37,818 nucleotides of DNA from an uncultured bacterium (GCA_965372715.1 CBDVDH010000038.1:1-37818); one strand, 5' to 3'; shown: positions 9,074 through 19,244, counted from the stretch's first letter. Numbers and translations: made by a program. The notes: generated from the sequence alone by a model not told the origin.

Positions 9074-10195
9074 TTGGACAAGATACTGTATGTGATGGGG
9101 ATAACTAGACCAGGAGGCGCCTGGGAGAGCTTGAGAGACATTCTGACAACACTAGATAGAAGGGCTTTCGAGCCGCTCTTGGCTTGTTCAACCGCCCCTG
9201 CGTGGAGCAGCATCCAAGAAGAAGTGAGGGCTTTGAGAATCAGGATGCCAATGTGGCGGAAACGAAAGAACATTCTCCGCATACCGTTTGCCGTTGTGCG
9301 GCTTCGAAAAGCGGTCGCTTCGGAACATGTCGCGATTGTGCACGCGAATAGCATCTGGGACATTCCCTATGCGCTTTGGGCGGCAAGACCGTTTGGAGTT
9401 CCGGTTGTTGCCCACATCAGGACGGAGATTGACCGGAAGAAGGCCCGGAAATACAGCGTGGGGAAGGTGGACGCAGCCATCGCCACGTCGTCCAAGTGCA
9501 TCAAGGTGCTGAAGAGCTTTTCTCGGCTTGAGTCGCGGGTTCATTATATCCCCAATGGCGCGAACTTGGAGCGTTTCAATCCGTCCATATCCGGGGAGAC
9601 GGTGAGGCATGAATATGGGCTCGATTCCGAGACGGTTGTTTTTGGCGCGTTTGGTAGGATCGACAGAACAAAGGGGCTCGATGTCTTGATCTCAGCGTTC
9701 TCGGAGGTTACGAGGAGGGTCGGTCGTGCGAAGCTGCTTCTGGTGGGGGACATTAAGGGAAAGGGCAGCTCGTTCAAGGAAGAGCTCATTAGAGATATAA
9801 ATTCGCTGGGTCTTTCAGATGCCGTCTTGTTTGCGGGCTGGCAGCAGGATGTTGTGCCTTATCTGGCGGCGATCGATGTTCTCGTTATGCCGAGCAGGAT
9901 AGAGGACTTCGGCCGTTCCGCAGTCGAGGCCATGGCGATGCGGAATCCAGTCATCGCTTCAGACACCACTGCGCTGCCCGAGATCGTTGTGAATGGTAAG
10001 ACGGGATACATTGTGCCAGTCGATGATGTCACGCGTCTTGCTGAGTCAATGACGGAGCTGGCTCTGAATCCAGCCAAGAGAGAGGCATTCGGACAAGCAG
10101 GTCGAGAAAGAGCGCAGGAGAATTTTGAGCTGAAGAAATTGGTCTTGAGGATTGAGATGGTTTATGCTCAGCTAATAGCGCGGAACAAAAGGTAG
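9074..10195 (+). CDS. Glycosyltransferase family 4 (GT-B)
   Basis: GGA, IVHAN, IPNG, GRIDRTKG and PSRIEDFGRSAVEAMA (EX7E). Confidence 0.92.
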   Translation: MDKILYVMGITRPGGAWESLRDILTTLDRRAFEPLLACSTAPAWSSIQEEVRALRIRMPMWRKRKNILRIPFAVVRLRKAVASEHVAIVHANSIWDIPYALWAARPFGVPVVAHIRTEIDRKKARKYSVGKVDAAIATSSKCIKVLKSFSRLESRVHYIPNGANLERFNPSISGETVRHEYGLDSETVVFGAFGRIDRTKGLDVLISAFSEVTRRVGRAKLLLVGDIKGKGSSFKEELIRDINSLGLSDAVLFAGWQQDVVPYLAAIDVLVMPSRIEDFGRSAVEAMAMRNPVIASDTTALPEIVVNGKTGYIVPVDDVTRLAESMTELALNPAKREAFGQAGRERAQENFELKKLVLRIEMVYAQLIARNKR

Positions 10196-10372
10196 TATCA
10201 AGTGCGCGCCAGGGTGCCGATCCTTCTTTTTGACCGTGTTACTGACCACGGCGAGACCAGCGCCTCGAAGTAACGACGGGCCGGTGGGCGACAGCTCGAT
10301 CCAACCCCCGCTTGCGCCTTCTTGGGCAGAGCATCTATTATCAATCGCCGGATATGTGAAAGCAGGGAACTT

Positions 10373-11497
10373 GTGTCTAAAGTTCTGTATGTGCAGGGGA
10401 CGACCAGGCCGGGCGGCGCCTGGAAGAGTCTCAGGGACATTGTCTATGGCCTCGACCGCGACTGCTTTGAGCTAATAGTTGCGTGCTCAAAGGCGCCCGC
10501 CTGGGGTGGCTCGCGCGATGAGGTCGAGACCGTTGTCATCAAGATGCCGATGTTTAGGAAAGGCAAGAGCTTGCCGCGCATTCCGCTTGCTGTGCGCCGG
10601 CTCAGGCAAGTGGTTCGGTCATACGGTATCTCGCTTGTGCACGCCAACGGCGTCTGGGACGCTCCGTATGCCTTGTGGGCCGCAAAGCCTCTCAAGATAC
10701 CCGTTGTGGTTCACGTCAGGACAGAGATAGACCGGGACAAGGCGAGGAAGTATTCGCTGGACGAGGCCGACGTCGCGGTCTCAACATCCCGTGCGGCCGT
10801 TGAGGTGTTGTCGGGCTTTGAGTCGCTCACAGGAAGGGTCTTCTACCTGCCCAACGGGATCGACCTGACCCGGTTCAGTCCGGCGATCTCGGGCGGCGAG
10901 ACGCGGCAGAGGCACGGCATTGGCAGTGACGCGGTGGTCTTCGGTGCGGTGGGGCGGATCGATCGGCTGAAGGGGCTTGATCTTCTGGTTTCGGCGTTCG
11001 CCCGGGTTGCAGAAGGGGCCGAACGTGCGAGGCTGCTGATCGTTGGCGAGGCGAAAGGGAAGGGCATCTCGTTCAAGGAGGACCTGTTGGAGATGATCGA
11101 GAAGCTCCGGCTTTCAGAGCGCGTGGTATTCGCCGGCCACCAGGACGACCCGGCTCCTTACCTTGCGGCAATGGACATCTTGGTCATGCCAAGCAAAACA
11201 CAGGGCTTTGAGCACTCCGCGGTCGAGGCGATGGCGATGGCAAAACCGGTGATCGCGTCGGATGTCGGGGCACTTCCAGAGATAGTATTGGACGAATTGA
11301 CAGGCTACGTCTTTCCTGACGGGGACGCTCGCGCGCTCGCTGACAGGATGAAGGAGCTCGCGGCCAGCGAGCAGAAAAGGGCTGCATTCGGTCGTGCTGG
11401 AAGATCATTTGCGGAGGGGAGGTTTGACCTCAGCACCATGATCTCAAGGCTACAAAGCATCTACAGCGTGCTGCTGAAGCGGAGCGAGAAAGAATAG
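10373..11497 (+). CDS. Glycosyltransferase family 4, tandem paralog
   Basis: Alignable end to end with 9074-10195; GTG 10373 matches the paralog start; PSKTQGFEHSAVEAMA. Confidence 0.9.
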   Translation: MSKVLYVQGTTRPGGAWKSLRDIVYGLDRDCFELIVACSKAPAWGGSRDEVETVVIKMPMFRKGKSLPRIPLAVRRLRQVVRSYGISLVHANGVWDAPYALWAAKPLKIPVVVHVRTEIDRDKARKYSLDEADVAVSTSRAAVEVLSGFESLTGRVFYLPNGIDLTRFSPAISGGETRQRHGIGSDAVVFGAVGRIDRLKGLDLLVSAFARVAEGAERARLLIVGEAKGKGISFKEDLLEMIEKLRLSERVVFAGHQDDPAPYLAAMDILVMPSKTQGFEHSAVEAMAMAKPVIASDVGALPEIVLDELTGYVFPDGDARALADRMKELAASEQKRAAFGRAGRSFAEGRFDLSTMISRLQSIYSVLLKRSEKE

Positions 11498-11502
11498 CGC
11501 CG

Positions 11503-12303
11503 ATGCGAGTCCGGGTCCCGATCTTCATGTTCCACCACGTTATGGGTCAAGGCGGCTCAGCGCCTCGTTCAGCGCTTGTAGTGAGGAAGTCAACGCTTAG
11601 TGAAATCGCGGCGTGGTTCCTCAGGCGCAACTACGAGTCGATGACGGTGAAAACGCTTGCCGAATTTCTGAGGGCTGGGGATACTGCCTCTTTGAGCCGC
11701 AGATTTGTTTTTACGTTTGACGATGGCGCCAGAGACAACTTCGAGCACGCATATCCCGTGCTCAAAGAGTCGGGCTGCGTGGGTACATTTTACGTGCCCG
11801 CTGACTACATTGGGAAGACAAGCGAATGGCGAAAGAGGAATCGGACGTTCCAAATGATGAGTGAGGGAGAGATTCTAGAGCTTTCGGGGGAGGGTTTCGA
11901 GATCGGCTCGCATGGATGCCAGCACTTGGACCTTACGGCCTTGAGCGACAAAGAGCTCAACGCTCAGATGGCGGAGTCGAGGGCGAAGCTGTCTTCGATA
12001 ATCGGTTCAGAAGTGGCGACGTTAGCGTATCCATACGGGCTTTTCGACGTCAGAGCAGTGGAATATGCAGGGAAGGCGGGCTATATTGCGGCGTGCTCAA
12101 CGATACGCGGCGCCGTGCAAGATTCGATGCGCCCTTTCGCTCTGAAGCGCATCATGATAACCGAGGGCACAAGCTCGCTTCGACTTCGCTACTTCCTGAG
12201 CGGCCTCTTGGATTTCGAGCACCGCAAGGAGTTCAATGCGGCCAACTTGAAGTCGGATGCAAAGGAGCCAGTGCGCCTTATGCAAGTTGAGGTAAGATGT
12301 TAA
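11503..12303 (+). CDS. Polysaccharide deacetylase (CE4/NodB domain)
   Basis: PIFMFHHV, TFDDG, GSHGCQH metal motif and AYPYG. Confidence 0.92.
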   Translation: MRVRVPIFMFHHVMGQGGSAPRSALVVRKSTLSEIAAWFLRRNYESMTVKTLAEFLRAGDTASLSRRFVFTFDDGARDNFEHAYPVLKESGCVGTFYVPADYIGKTSEWRKRNRTFQMMSEGEILELSGEGFEIGSHGCQHLDLTALSDKELNAQMAESRAKLSSIIGSEVATLAYPYGLFDVRAVEYAGKAGYIAACSTIRGAVQDSMRPFALKRIMITEGTSSLRLRYFLSGLLDFEHRKEFNAANLKSDAKEPVRLMQVEVRC

Positions 12304-14129
12304 GCAGCGACGATCTGAAAGCGAAACTCAAGAGTATCGACCGGTCAGGATACAAGTCCTACAAATCCCTGGCTGGACGATACAAGTTCGAGGACTACGT
12401 CCTCATATTCGACAAGATACAGAGCGATCCCTTTGCGCCTCCATCGCGCTTGCGAGTTCGGATGCCGAAGGAGGTCGCGGGCTTCCCAAAGGCGCTCTTC
12501 TCAACGCCTACTCGTCGTGTGGCGCTTGAGGATTTTCTGACGCGACGGTTTCAAGCGAGCGCATCCGATTCACGGCGGAAGATACGCGGCTCGGGCAAGA
12601 GCGGAACCCTTTCGATCGCGTCGTGCGGTCAGGAGGTCCTAGAGAGAAGCTCAATGAACATTACGGACGAATATGTCGAGGCGCGTTTCGTGGCGGGGCT
12701 TCCGGCGGAGGGACGCATCATCCTGGGCAACGAGGCGTATGCTATGCTCTTTGGGACTCTGCCGAATATCGTCCGCCAGTCTCTCAGGTATCAGAATCTC
12801 GACAAGAACGCGTTGTCGAAGCACATTGAGGTTGTTGAGGATCAGGATTTCATACGTCAGAAGCTCGATGAGTTCGACCTGATAGCGTTTGTTGCCGATG
12901 GCTCGGTTCTTCCCCGGCGAAGCGGGATAGACGACCGGCCGATGACCGGTATCGTCGTCAGCGTAGATACCCTCGACGTGGTCAATCCGGGTGAGATCGG
13001 CGCGAACATCGTCATCCCGTTCAAGGCCCCACGGAGCCTGCGAATCAAGATTCAAACGCCGAATCGCGGGCCGGTCTCCGGGATGGCGCTCAAACCTGGC
13101 GTGACGCTCATCGCCGGGGGCGGATTCCACGGTAAATCGACGCTCCTTTCGGCTCTGGAGAAAGGAGTTTACGACCACATACCCGGCGACGGTCGGGAGT
13201 ATGTCGTTACTGTGGAAGGCGCCGTGAAGGTGAAGGCTGAGCAGGGCCGGAACATCGAGAAGGTAGATATCAGGCCTTTCATCAATCACCTGCCGTTCGA
13301 GCAGAGCACGAGAGCCTTCTCAACGCCAAATGCGAGTGGGAGCACTTCCCAAAGCGCGAACATCATGGAGTCGCTTCAGATGGGCGCGAGCGTAATCCTG
13401 ATAGATGAGGACACGTCGGCGACCAACTTCATGATCAGGGACGTTAGAATGCAGCATCTGGTCCCTAAGGACCGGGAGCCAATCACGCCATTCATCGATA
13501 AGATAAGGCTCATGTATTCTGACCTGGGCGTCTCGTCGATACTCGTCATGGGCGGTTCTGGGGACTACTTCGACGTTGCGGATGTCGTGCTGGTGCTAGA
13601 TAACTACAAGGTCTTAGACATGACGGTCAAAGCACAGACTATCGCCATAGAGCACCTGACGAGGCGCGAGATTGAGGGCGGCGAGCGTTTCGGAGATTTG
13701 GTCAGCCGCTGCGCGATAAAGCGTTCGCTGAGTCCGAGGTCGGGGCAGAATGAGGTCAAGATCGACGTGAAGGGCAAAACGAAAATACTTTACGGAGAGA
13801 GCGAAATCGACCTTTCGGGTCAGGATCAGCTAGTAGATTATTGCCAGACTCGCGCCGTGGCCGATGCGATATATTACGGTGTATCAGATTATCTGAAGGA
13901 CCTTGAGAGCAATCTGACGGTATCAGAGCTGATTGAGAAGATCGATGGGGACATTTCAGAAAGAGGCTTGGACATTCTGTCGCCGTTTGTGCGGGGCGAT
14001 TACGCCAGGCCAAGACGTTTTGAGATAGGCGCAGCGATCAATCGTCTGCGGTCGCTGAAGGTTAGACAATTGAGACCCGAGGAACGGGACCAGGAAGGGA
14101 CAATAAGTGAAAAAGAATCTGTTGGGTAA
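12297..14129 (+). CDS. Predicted ABC-class ATPase (ABC_ATPase family, no membrane partner)
   Basis: QSDPFAPPSR N-domain, GSVLPRRSG, Walker A GGGFHGKST, NASGSTSQ, Walker B ILIDED and AAINRLR C-terminus. Confidence 0.88.
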   Translation: MLSSDDLKAKLKSIDRSGYKSYKSLAGRYKFEDYVLIFDKIQSDPFAPPSRLRVRMPKEVAGFPKALFSTPTRRVALEDFLTRRFQASASDSRRKIRGSGKSGTLSIASCGQEVLERSSMNITDEYVEARFVAGLPAEGRIILGNEAYAMLFGTLPNIVRQSLRYQNLDKNALSKHIEVVEDQDFIRQKLDEFDLIAFVADGSVLPRRSGIDDRPMTGIVVSVDTLDVVNPGEIGANIVIPFKAPRSLRIKIQTPNRGPVSGMALKPGVTLIAGGGFHGKSTLLSALEKGVYDHIPGDGREYVVTVEGAVKVKAEQGRNIEKVDIRPFINHLPFEQSTRAFSTPNASGSTSQSANIMESLQMGASVILIDEDTSATNFMIRDVRMQHLVPKDREPITPFIDKIRLMYSDLGVSSILVMGGSGDYFDVADVVLVLDNYKVLDMTVKAQTIAIEHLTRREIEGGERFGDLVSRCAIKRSLSPRSGQNEVKIDVKGKTKILYGESEIDLSGQDQLVDYCQTRAVADAIYYGVSDYLKDLESNLTVSELIEKIDGDISERGLDILSPFVRGDYARPRRFEIGAAINRLRSLKVRQLRPEERDQEGTISEKESVG

Positions 14130-15675
14130 ATCGATCTTTGCGGTCGCACTGGTCGTGCTCGTTGGCTGGTGCGCGTTTCCTCCGAAGGAGAAGGTGATAC
14201 TTGGGCTTGACCTCAAGGGAGGGATACACCTTGTCCTCGAGGTGGAAACGGACAGCGCACTGAAGGGCGAGCTTTCCGAGATGAAGCAGAGGCTTGGCGA
14301 GCATCTCGAGGACCGCGAAATACCAATTGAATCGGAGAGCGTGGAGGACGATCTGTCGATCCGGTTTGTTCTACCGACCACATCCGCCAAGAACTTGGCG
14401 GTCTCGCAGTTTTCTGAGGAGAGCGGCCGCTTTGACACCTACACGACTAAGCTCGACGGCGACAAGTGGGAACTGAAGTTGATGTTCAAATCGGACGAAG
14501 ACAGGCGCCTCAGAGAGAACTCAGTGCGTCAGGCGTTGGAGACGATCCGCAATCGCGTCGATGAGCTTGGCGTTGCCGAGCCGACCATCCAGCGAGTTGG
14601 GATGACTGGCAACCGGATACTTGTTCAGCTGCCTGGTGTGGTTGACCCCGAGCGAGCCAAGAAGATCATCGGTCGAACAGCGATGCTTCAGCTTCGATTG
14701 ATGAAGGACGAGGCCCCTACAAAGCAAGCGTTGCTGGACAAACACGAAGGCAAGGTCCCAGACGGGCATGTGATCCTCGAAATGGCGCCTCCCCGGCAGG
14801 CTGAGAACGGTAAGGAGCGCTATGCGCTAGTGGAAAAGGAGGTGCGTGTCTCTGGCGCGGACCTTGAGGACGCCAGAATCGGGCACGACGAGTTCAACAT
14901 GCCGGCCGTCGATTTCAGGCTGTCGCGTTCGGCGGGTCGCGTTTTCGGCAAGTTTACCGAGAAGCACCTGAACGAGCGGCTTGCCATTGTCCTGGATAAG
15001 CAGGTCGAGTCGGCGCCAGTAATAAGAAGCCGCATCACCGACAAGGGACAGATAACCGGCAACTTCACCGTGCTGGAAGCGGAGGACCTCTCAGTCATCT
15101 TAAGAGCAGGCGCTCTTCCCGCGACGGTCAGATACCTTGAGGAGAGAACCGTGGGGCCGTCGCTGGGACAGGACTCGATCAGACAGGGGACGATCTCCGC
15201 CCTCATAGGTGGCTCTTTGGTCGTGCTATTCATGCTCTTTTACTATCGGGGTGCAGGTGTGATCGCGGACATGGCGCTCTTGCTCAACTTGGTGCTGCTG
15301 ATGGGCTGCCTGGCACTATCGGGGGCCGCTCTTACGCTGCCGGGTATCGCGGGGATCATCCTCACGCTCGGCATGGCCGTTGACGCCAACGTTCTCATCT
15401 TCGAGCGCATCAAGGAAGAGCTCAAGGCCGGCAAGACGACGAGAGCGGCGGTAGAAGGCGGCTTCAAGCGCGCCCTCCTGACGATCGTCGATGCAAACGT
15501 CACGACACTCATCGCGGCAGTCGTGCTGTTTCAGTTTGGAACAGGGCCGATACGAGGTTTCGCCGTAACTCTAATAATTGGCATCCTTGCGAGCATGTTC
15601 ACGGCCCTTTTCATGGGGAAATTGGCGTTCGAGATAATGATTCAGAAGTTCAGGGTCAGGCGGCTTAGCATATAG
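14107..15675 (+). CDS. secD: Protein translocase subunit SecD
   Basis: LGLDLKGG, IRNRVDELGVAEP, LRAGALP, VGPSLG, MAVDANVLIFERIKEE and IVDANVTT. Confidence 0.97.
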   Translation: MKKNLLGKSIFAVALVVLVGWCAFPPKEKVILGLDLKGGIHLVLEVETDSALKGELSEMKQRLGEHLEDREIPIESESVEDDLSIRFVLPTTSAKNLAVSQFSEESGRFDTYTTKLDGDKWELKLMFKSDEDRRLRENSVRQALETIRNRVDELGVAEPTIQRVGMTGNRILVQLPGVVDPERAKKIIGRTAMLQLRLMKDEAPTKQALLDKHEGKVPDGHVILEMAPPRQAENGKERYALVEKEVRVSGADLEDARIGHDEFNMPAVDFRLSRSAGRVFGKFTEKHLNERLAIVLDKQVESAPVIRSRITDKGQITGNFTVLEAEDLSVILRAGALPATVRYLEERTVGPSLGQDSIRQGTISALIGGSLVVLFMLFYYRGAGVIADMALLLNLVLLMGCLALSGAALTLPGIAGIILTLGMAVDANVLIFERIKEELKAGKTTRAAVEGGFKRALLTIVDANVTTLIAAVVLFQFGTGPIRGFAVTLIIGILASMFTALFMGKLAFEIMIQKFRVRRLSI

Positions 15676-15702
15676 TAGGTATTGCGCCTAAAGAGGAATA
15701 AT

Positions 15703-16917
15703 ATGGACATACTGAAAGATACAAAGTTCAGATTCATCGAGGCACGCAAGACAGCCTTCTTGTGTTCCGCCCTCCTCATACTTGCTGGAATCATCTCCCT
15801 CGTTATCAAGGGCGGCCCAAGCTACAGCATAGACTTCGAGGGCGGAACGCTCATTCAGCTGAAGTTCCTTGAACCGGTCGATGTGTCCTCGCTCAGGGAC
15901 ATCCTGAAGAGCATCGACTACGGGGATGCAACTATACAGGAGTTCGGTTCACCGAGGGAAGTCCTCATTCGAGTGAAGGATGTCGCCCCGAAGTCCTCAA
16001 CACCCGAGGACAGCGTGGCGCCTCAAATAACGGGAGCCATCCGTTCGGCGTTCAAGGAGCAGGAAGGCAGGGAACTTTTGATCGACATCAACGCGGCTGG
16101 GCCGAAGGAACTTGCGCTCAACCTCAGGCAACTGGATGCTTTCAAGGAGAATGAGGAGGCCGCAAACTCGCTGGCCGCGGCAATTGTCGAGAAACGGAAC
16201 TCTCTGGGAGGGCAGTTTGCCAGCATGGAGCCGCTGACTTCAGTGCCCGGCATCCCACCTGAGGCGGTCGAGTACTTCAAGACCAAAGCCTACGTGAGCA
16301 AGTTCATCGTAGTCCGCCAGGAGATGGTCGGACCAAAGGTCGGAAAGGACCTGCGGGGTAAGGCCGTGCTTGCGATATTCTGGGCAGTCCTGGGCATCTT
16401 GATCTATATCTCACTTCGCTTCAGGTTCCGTTTCGCCGTGGCCGCGATAATCGCGCTCATCCACGACGTGGCCATCACCGTCGGGCTATTCTCGATCCTC
16501 AATCGCGAGGTCTCGCTCACGATCATCGCTGCCCTTCTTACAATCGTTGGCTACTCGCTGAACGACACAATCGTCGTGTTTGATCGCATCAGAGAGAACT
16601 CAAAGGCGCTAAGAAGCCTACCCTTCGTGCAGCAGGTTAACGCTAGCATCAACATGACCCTCGCCAGAACGCTTCTCACGTCACTCACGACGTTCGTCGT
16701 CGTTCTGACGCTGTTTGTTCTCGGAGGTGAGGTGATACGAGATTTCGCCCTTGCTCTGATGATAGGTATTCTGGTGGGGACATATTCTTCGATTTTCGTC
16801 GCAAGCCCTGTACTCTATGAATGGGAGACGTTCTCCAAGAGCAGAAAAAGGAAGAGTCGCATCCCCTCGAGGAGGCCCTCGGCTCAGACTGCGCGGTCCT
16901 CGAAGAGGCGAAAGTAA
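15703..16917 (+). CDS. secF: Protein translocase subunit SecF with an inserted HhH-like domain
   Basis: IDFEGGT, VGPKVG, ALIHDV, GYSLNDTIVVFDRIRE and GTYSSIFVA; ATG 15703 after GAGGA. Confidence 0.96.
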   Translation: MDILKDTKFRFIEARKTAFLCSALLILAGIISLVIKGGPSYSIDFEGGTLIQLKFLEPVDVSSLRDILKSIDYGDATIQEFGSPREVLIRVKDVAPKSSTPEDSVAPQITGAIRSAFKEQEGRELLIDINAAGPKELALNLRQLDAFKENEEAANSLAAAIVEKRNSLGGQFASMEPLTSVPGIPPEAVEYFKTKAYVSKFIVVRQEMVGPKVGKDLRGKAVLAIFWAVLGILIYISLRFRFRFAVAAIIALIHDVAITVGLFSILNREVSLTIIAALLTIVGYSLNDTIVVFDRIRENSKALRSLPFVQQVNASINMTLARTLLTSLTTFVVVLTLFVLGGEVIRDFALALMIGILVGTYSSIFVASPVLYEWETFSKSRKRKSRIPSRRPSAQTARSSKRRK

Positions 16918-16925
16918 GGGAGTAA

Positions 16926-19244
16926 GTGTTGATCCTCAACGTGTCCGCCGAAGCCAAGAGAAGGTCCGCGGCGGATTACGAGGCGCGGCTTGATGCGATC
17001 AAGCGTGCTGTGCTGTCGAGATACCCGGATACGGCGCCGGTTGACGACGTTGATAAGGCGTTCAGATTCGCGGCGGAATACCACCAGGGCCAGAAGCGAG
17101 TGTCTGGGGAGGACTTCATAGACCATCCACTCTCTGTGGCCGAGATTCTCACTAAGTGGGAGCTTGCGCCGGAGCTCATCATAGCCGCGTTGCTGCACGA
17201 CGTCTTGGAGGACGCGTCCCCCGAACACGTGGTCGGGCAAACCGCTGAAGGGGCATCCCTGCCGGACGCGTCGCGGAAAAGGGAGCGCTCAATCAATGCC
17301 AGGAAGCAGCTCAGAGACGACATAGGCGGTAGATTTGGAAACGACGTTGCGGAGATAGTCGAGGGGCTAACAAAAGTCGACCGGTTAGTGCTCGAATCAC
17401 GTGAGGAGCGAAGGCTTGAGAACCTGAAGCGATTCTTTGTGGCGGTGAGCAAGGACCTCAGAGTGGTGCCAATAAAACTCGCCGACCGGCTTCACAACAT
17501 GCGCACGCTGAAGTCGCTTGCCGACTGGAAACAGAAAAGAACGGCGAAAGAGACGCTGAACCTCTACGCGCCTCTGGCGTATCGTTTCGGGATGGGCGAG
17601 GTTCAGGCCGAGCTAGAGGACCTGGCTTTTGAATGCGTGTTACCCGAGATCTATAACAAGCTGGTAGAAAAGCTCAAGACGACTGAGGACCAGCGCGTCG
17701 CAGCGCTGAAGGCGGCGGAGAAAGCGTTCAGAAAGAGGCTCGCAGCGGCAGATGTATCAGCCACGATCACAACCCGCAGTAAGCACTACTACAGCATTTA
17801 TCGCAAGATGGTGCGACAGAGTCTGACGATCGATGAGGTGTTGGACATCGTTGGGATGAGGCTGATAGCGAAGACTGAGCGAGCCTGCTACCGCGTGCTG
17901 GGCGAGGTCCACTCCCTATGGCTCCCCATACCGGGGACATTCAAGGACTACATAGCGACGCCCAAGTCAAATATGTATCAGTCTTTACACACAGTTGTCC
18001 TCATCAACCCTGGCTATCAGATGGAGGTCCAGATTCGGACGGAGCGGATGCATCTTGTCGCCGAGCGAGGCATAGCGGCCCACTGGCGTTACAAGGCGAT
18101 AGTGGACAGAAGGGTCCTGGACAAGCTCTACAAGGAGAGCGACGTAAGTCTGTGGGTTGAGGAGTTCATTACCGGCTACATAGAAAGGGATAAGGGGACG
18201 GGGCTTTTGGACGGCATAAAGATGATGCTTCAGTCCGAAGACATCTACGTAATAACGCCCAAAGGCGAGATGAGAAGCTTCCCATATGGCGCGACGCTCA
18301 TCGACTTCGCATACAGCGTCCACTCTTCAGTTGGAAACCAGTTCGTGTCGGGTAGGGTCGGTGGGGTTCAGAAACAACCGGACTACCAGCTGAAGACGGG
18401 CGACGTCGTCGAGATCATAACGGATAAAAAGGCGAGGCCCAAGAAGGAGTGGCTGAAGTTCGCCAAGACACCCTATGCTCGGCATGCTATACAGAAGTGG
18501 TTCAAAGTCGAAGAGCGACACCTAATGGGAGAGATAGGTAAGTCGGTGCTGGAGGAGAAACTCAGGATGGCCCGCGTCCCCACCAGGGAATTCTACAAAT
18601 CCCGTGCTCTGGCGACGTTCCTTGACAAGAGCGGCCTGTCAGACATAACCGATCTGTTCGTCAAACTCTCGACTGGCAAGATAAAGCTCATTCATGCGCT
18701 CCAGGCGGTCTTGCCCAAGAACCTCTACGAGAACGTGCATACGCTTAAGATATCGAAATCCCCTCCTGAGGAGGACCTGTTCAACCGGATACGTGCCTAC
18801 AAAAAGGGGCTCGTCATCTCCGACACGACGAGCTCGGAGGTGCTTCTCGCTAAGTGCTGCCATCCAGTGCCGGGCGACCGCCTAGTCGGATATGTCAAGC
18901 GGGGAAGCGGCGTCTCTGTCCACAGAGTCGAGTGTAAACAGATCGAGCGGCTGCTGCCGGACAGCATAAGAATAATAAGAAACATCAGATGGAGCGTGCC
19001 CAAATCCAGCCAGTTCGATGCCTGCTTGCGGCTCAATTCCACTGACATGAAGGGCATATTGGTCCGTATCACAAAGGCGCTGCTGGACACCGACATCGAC
19101 ATTCGGCAGATGAGAAGCGATAGGCTCCCGGACGGTTTGGTAACGTTTAAGATCGACGTTTTATGTTCTTCCGCCAGACAGATCGAGAAGGCGATGGATG
19201 AGTTGAAGGACATCGAGGGAATGATTGACATAGAAAGACAATAA
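16926..19244 (+). CDS. rel: Bifunctional (p)ppGpp synthetase/hydrolase (long RSH)
   Basis: HD motif LHDVLED, IKLADRLHNMRT, KDYIATPK..YQSLHT, EVQIRT, TGS (IDFAYSVH), AKCCHPVPGD and C-terminal ACT. Confidence 0.95.
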   Translation: MLILNVSAEAKRRSAADYEARLDAIKRAVLSRYPDTAPVDDVDKAFRFAAEYHQGQKRVSGEDFIDHPLSVAEILTKWELAPELIIAALLHDVLEDASPEHVVGQTAEGASLPDASRKRERSINARKQLRDDIGGRFGNDVAEIVEGLTKVDRLVLESREERRLENLKRFFVAVSKDLRVVPIKLADRLHNMRTLKSLADWKQKRTAKETLNLYAPLAYRFGMGEVQAELEDLAFECVLPEIYNKLVEKLKTTEDQRVAALKAAEKAFRKRLAAADVSATITTRSKHYYSIYRKMVRQSLTIDEVLDIVGMRLIAKTERACYRVLGEVHSLWLPIPGTFKDYIATPKSNMYQSLHTVVLINPGYQMEVQIRTERMHLVAERGIAAHWRYKAIVDRRVLDKLYKESDVSLWVEEFITGYIERDKGTGLLDGIKMMLQSEDIYVITPKGEMRSFPYGATLIDFAYSVHSSVGNQFVSGRVGGVQKQPDYQLKTGDVVEIITDKKARPKKEWLKFAKTPYARHAIQKWFKVEERHLMGEIGKSVLEEKLRMARVPTREFYKSRALATFLDKSGLSDITDLFVKLSTGKIKLIHALQAVLPKNLYENVHTLKISKSPPEEDLFNRIRAYKKGLVISDTTSSEVLLAKCCHPVPGDRLVGYVKRGSGVSVHRVECKQIERLLPDSIRIIRNIRWSVPKSSQFDACLRLNSTDMKGILVRITKALLDTDIDIRQMRSDRLPDGLVTFKIDVLCSSARQIEKAMDELKDIEGMIDIERQ

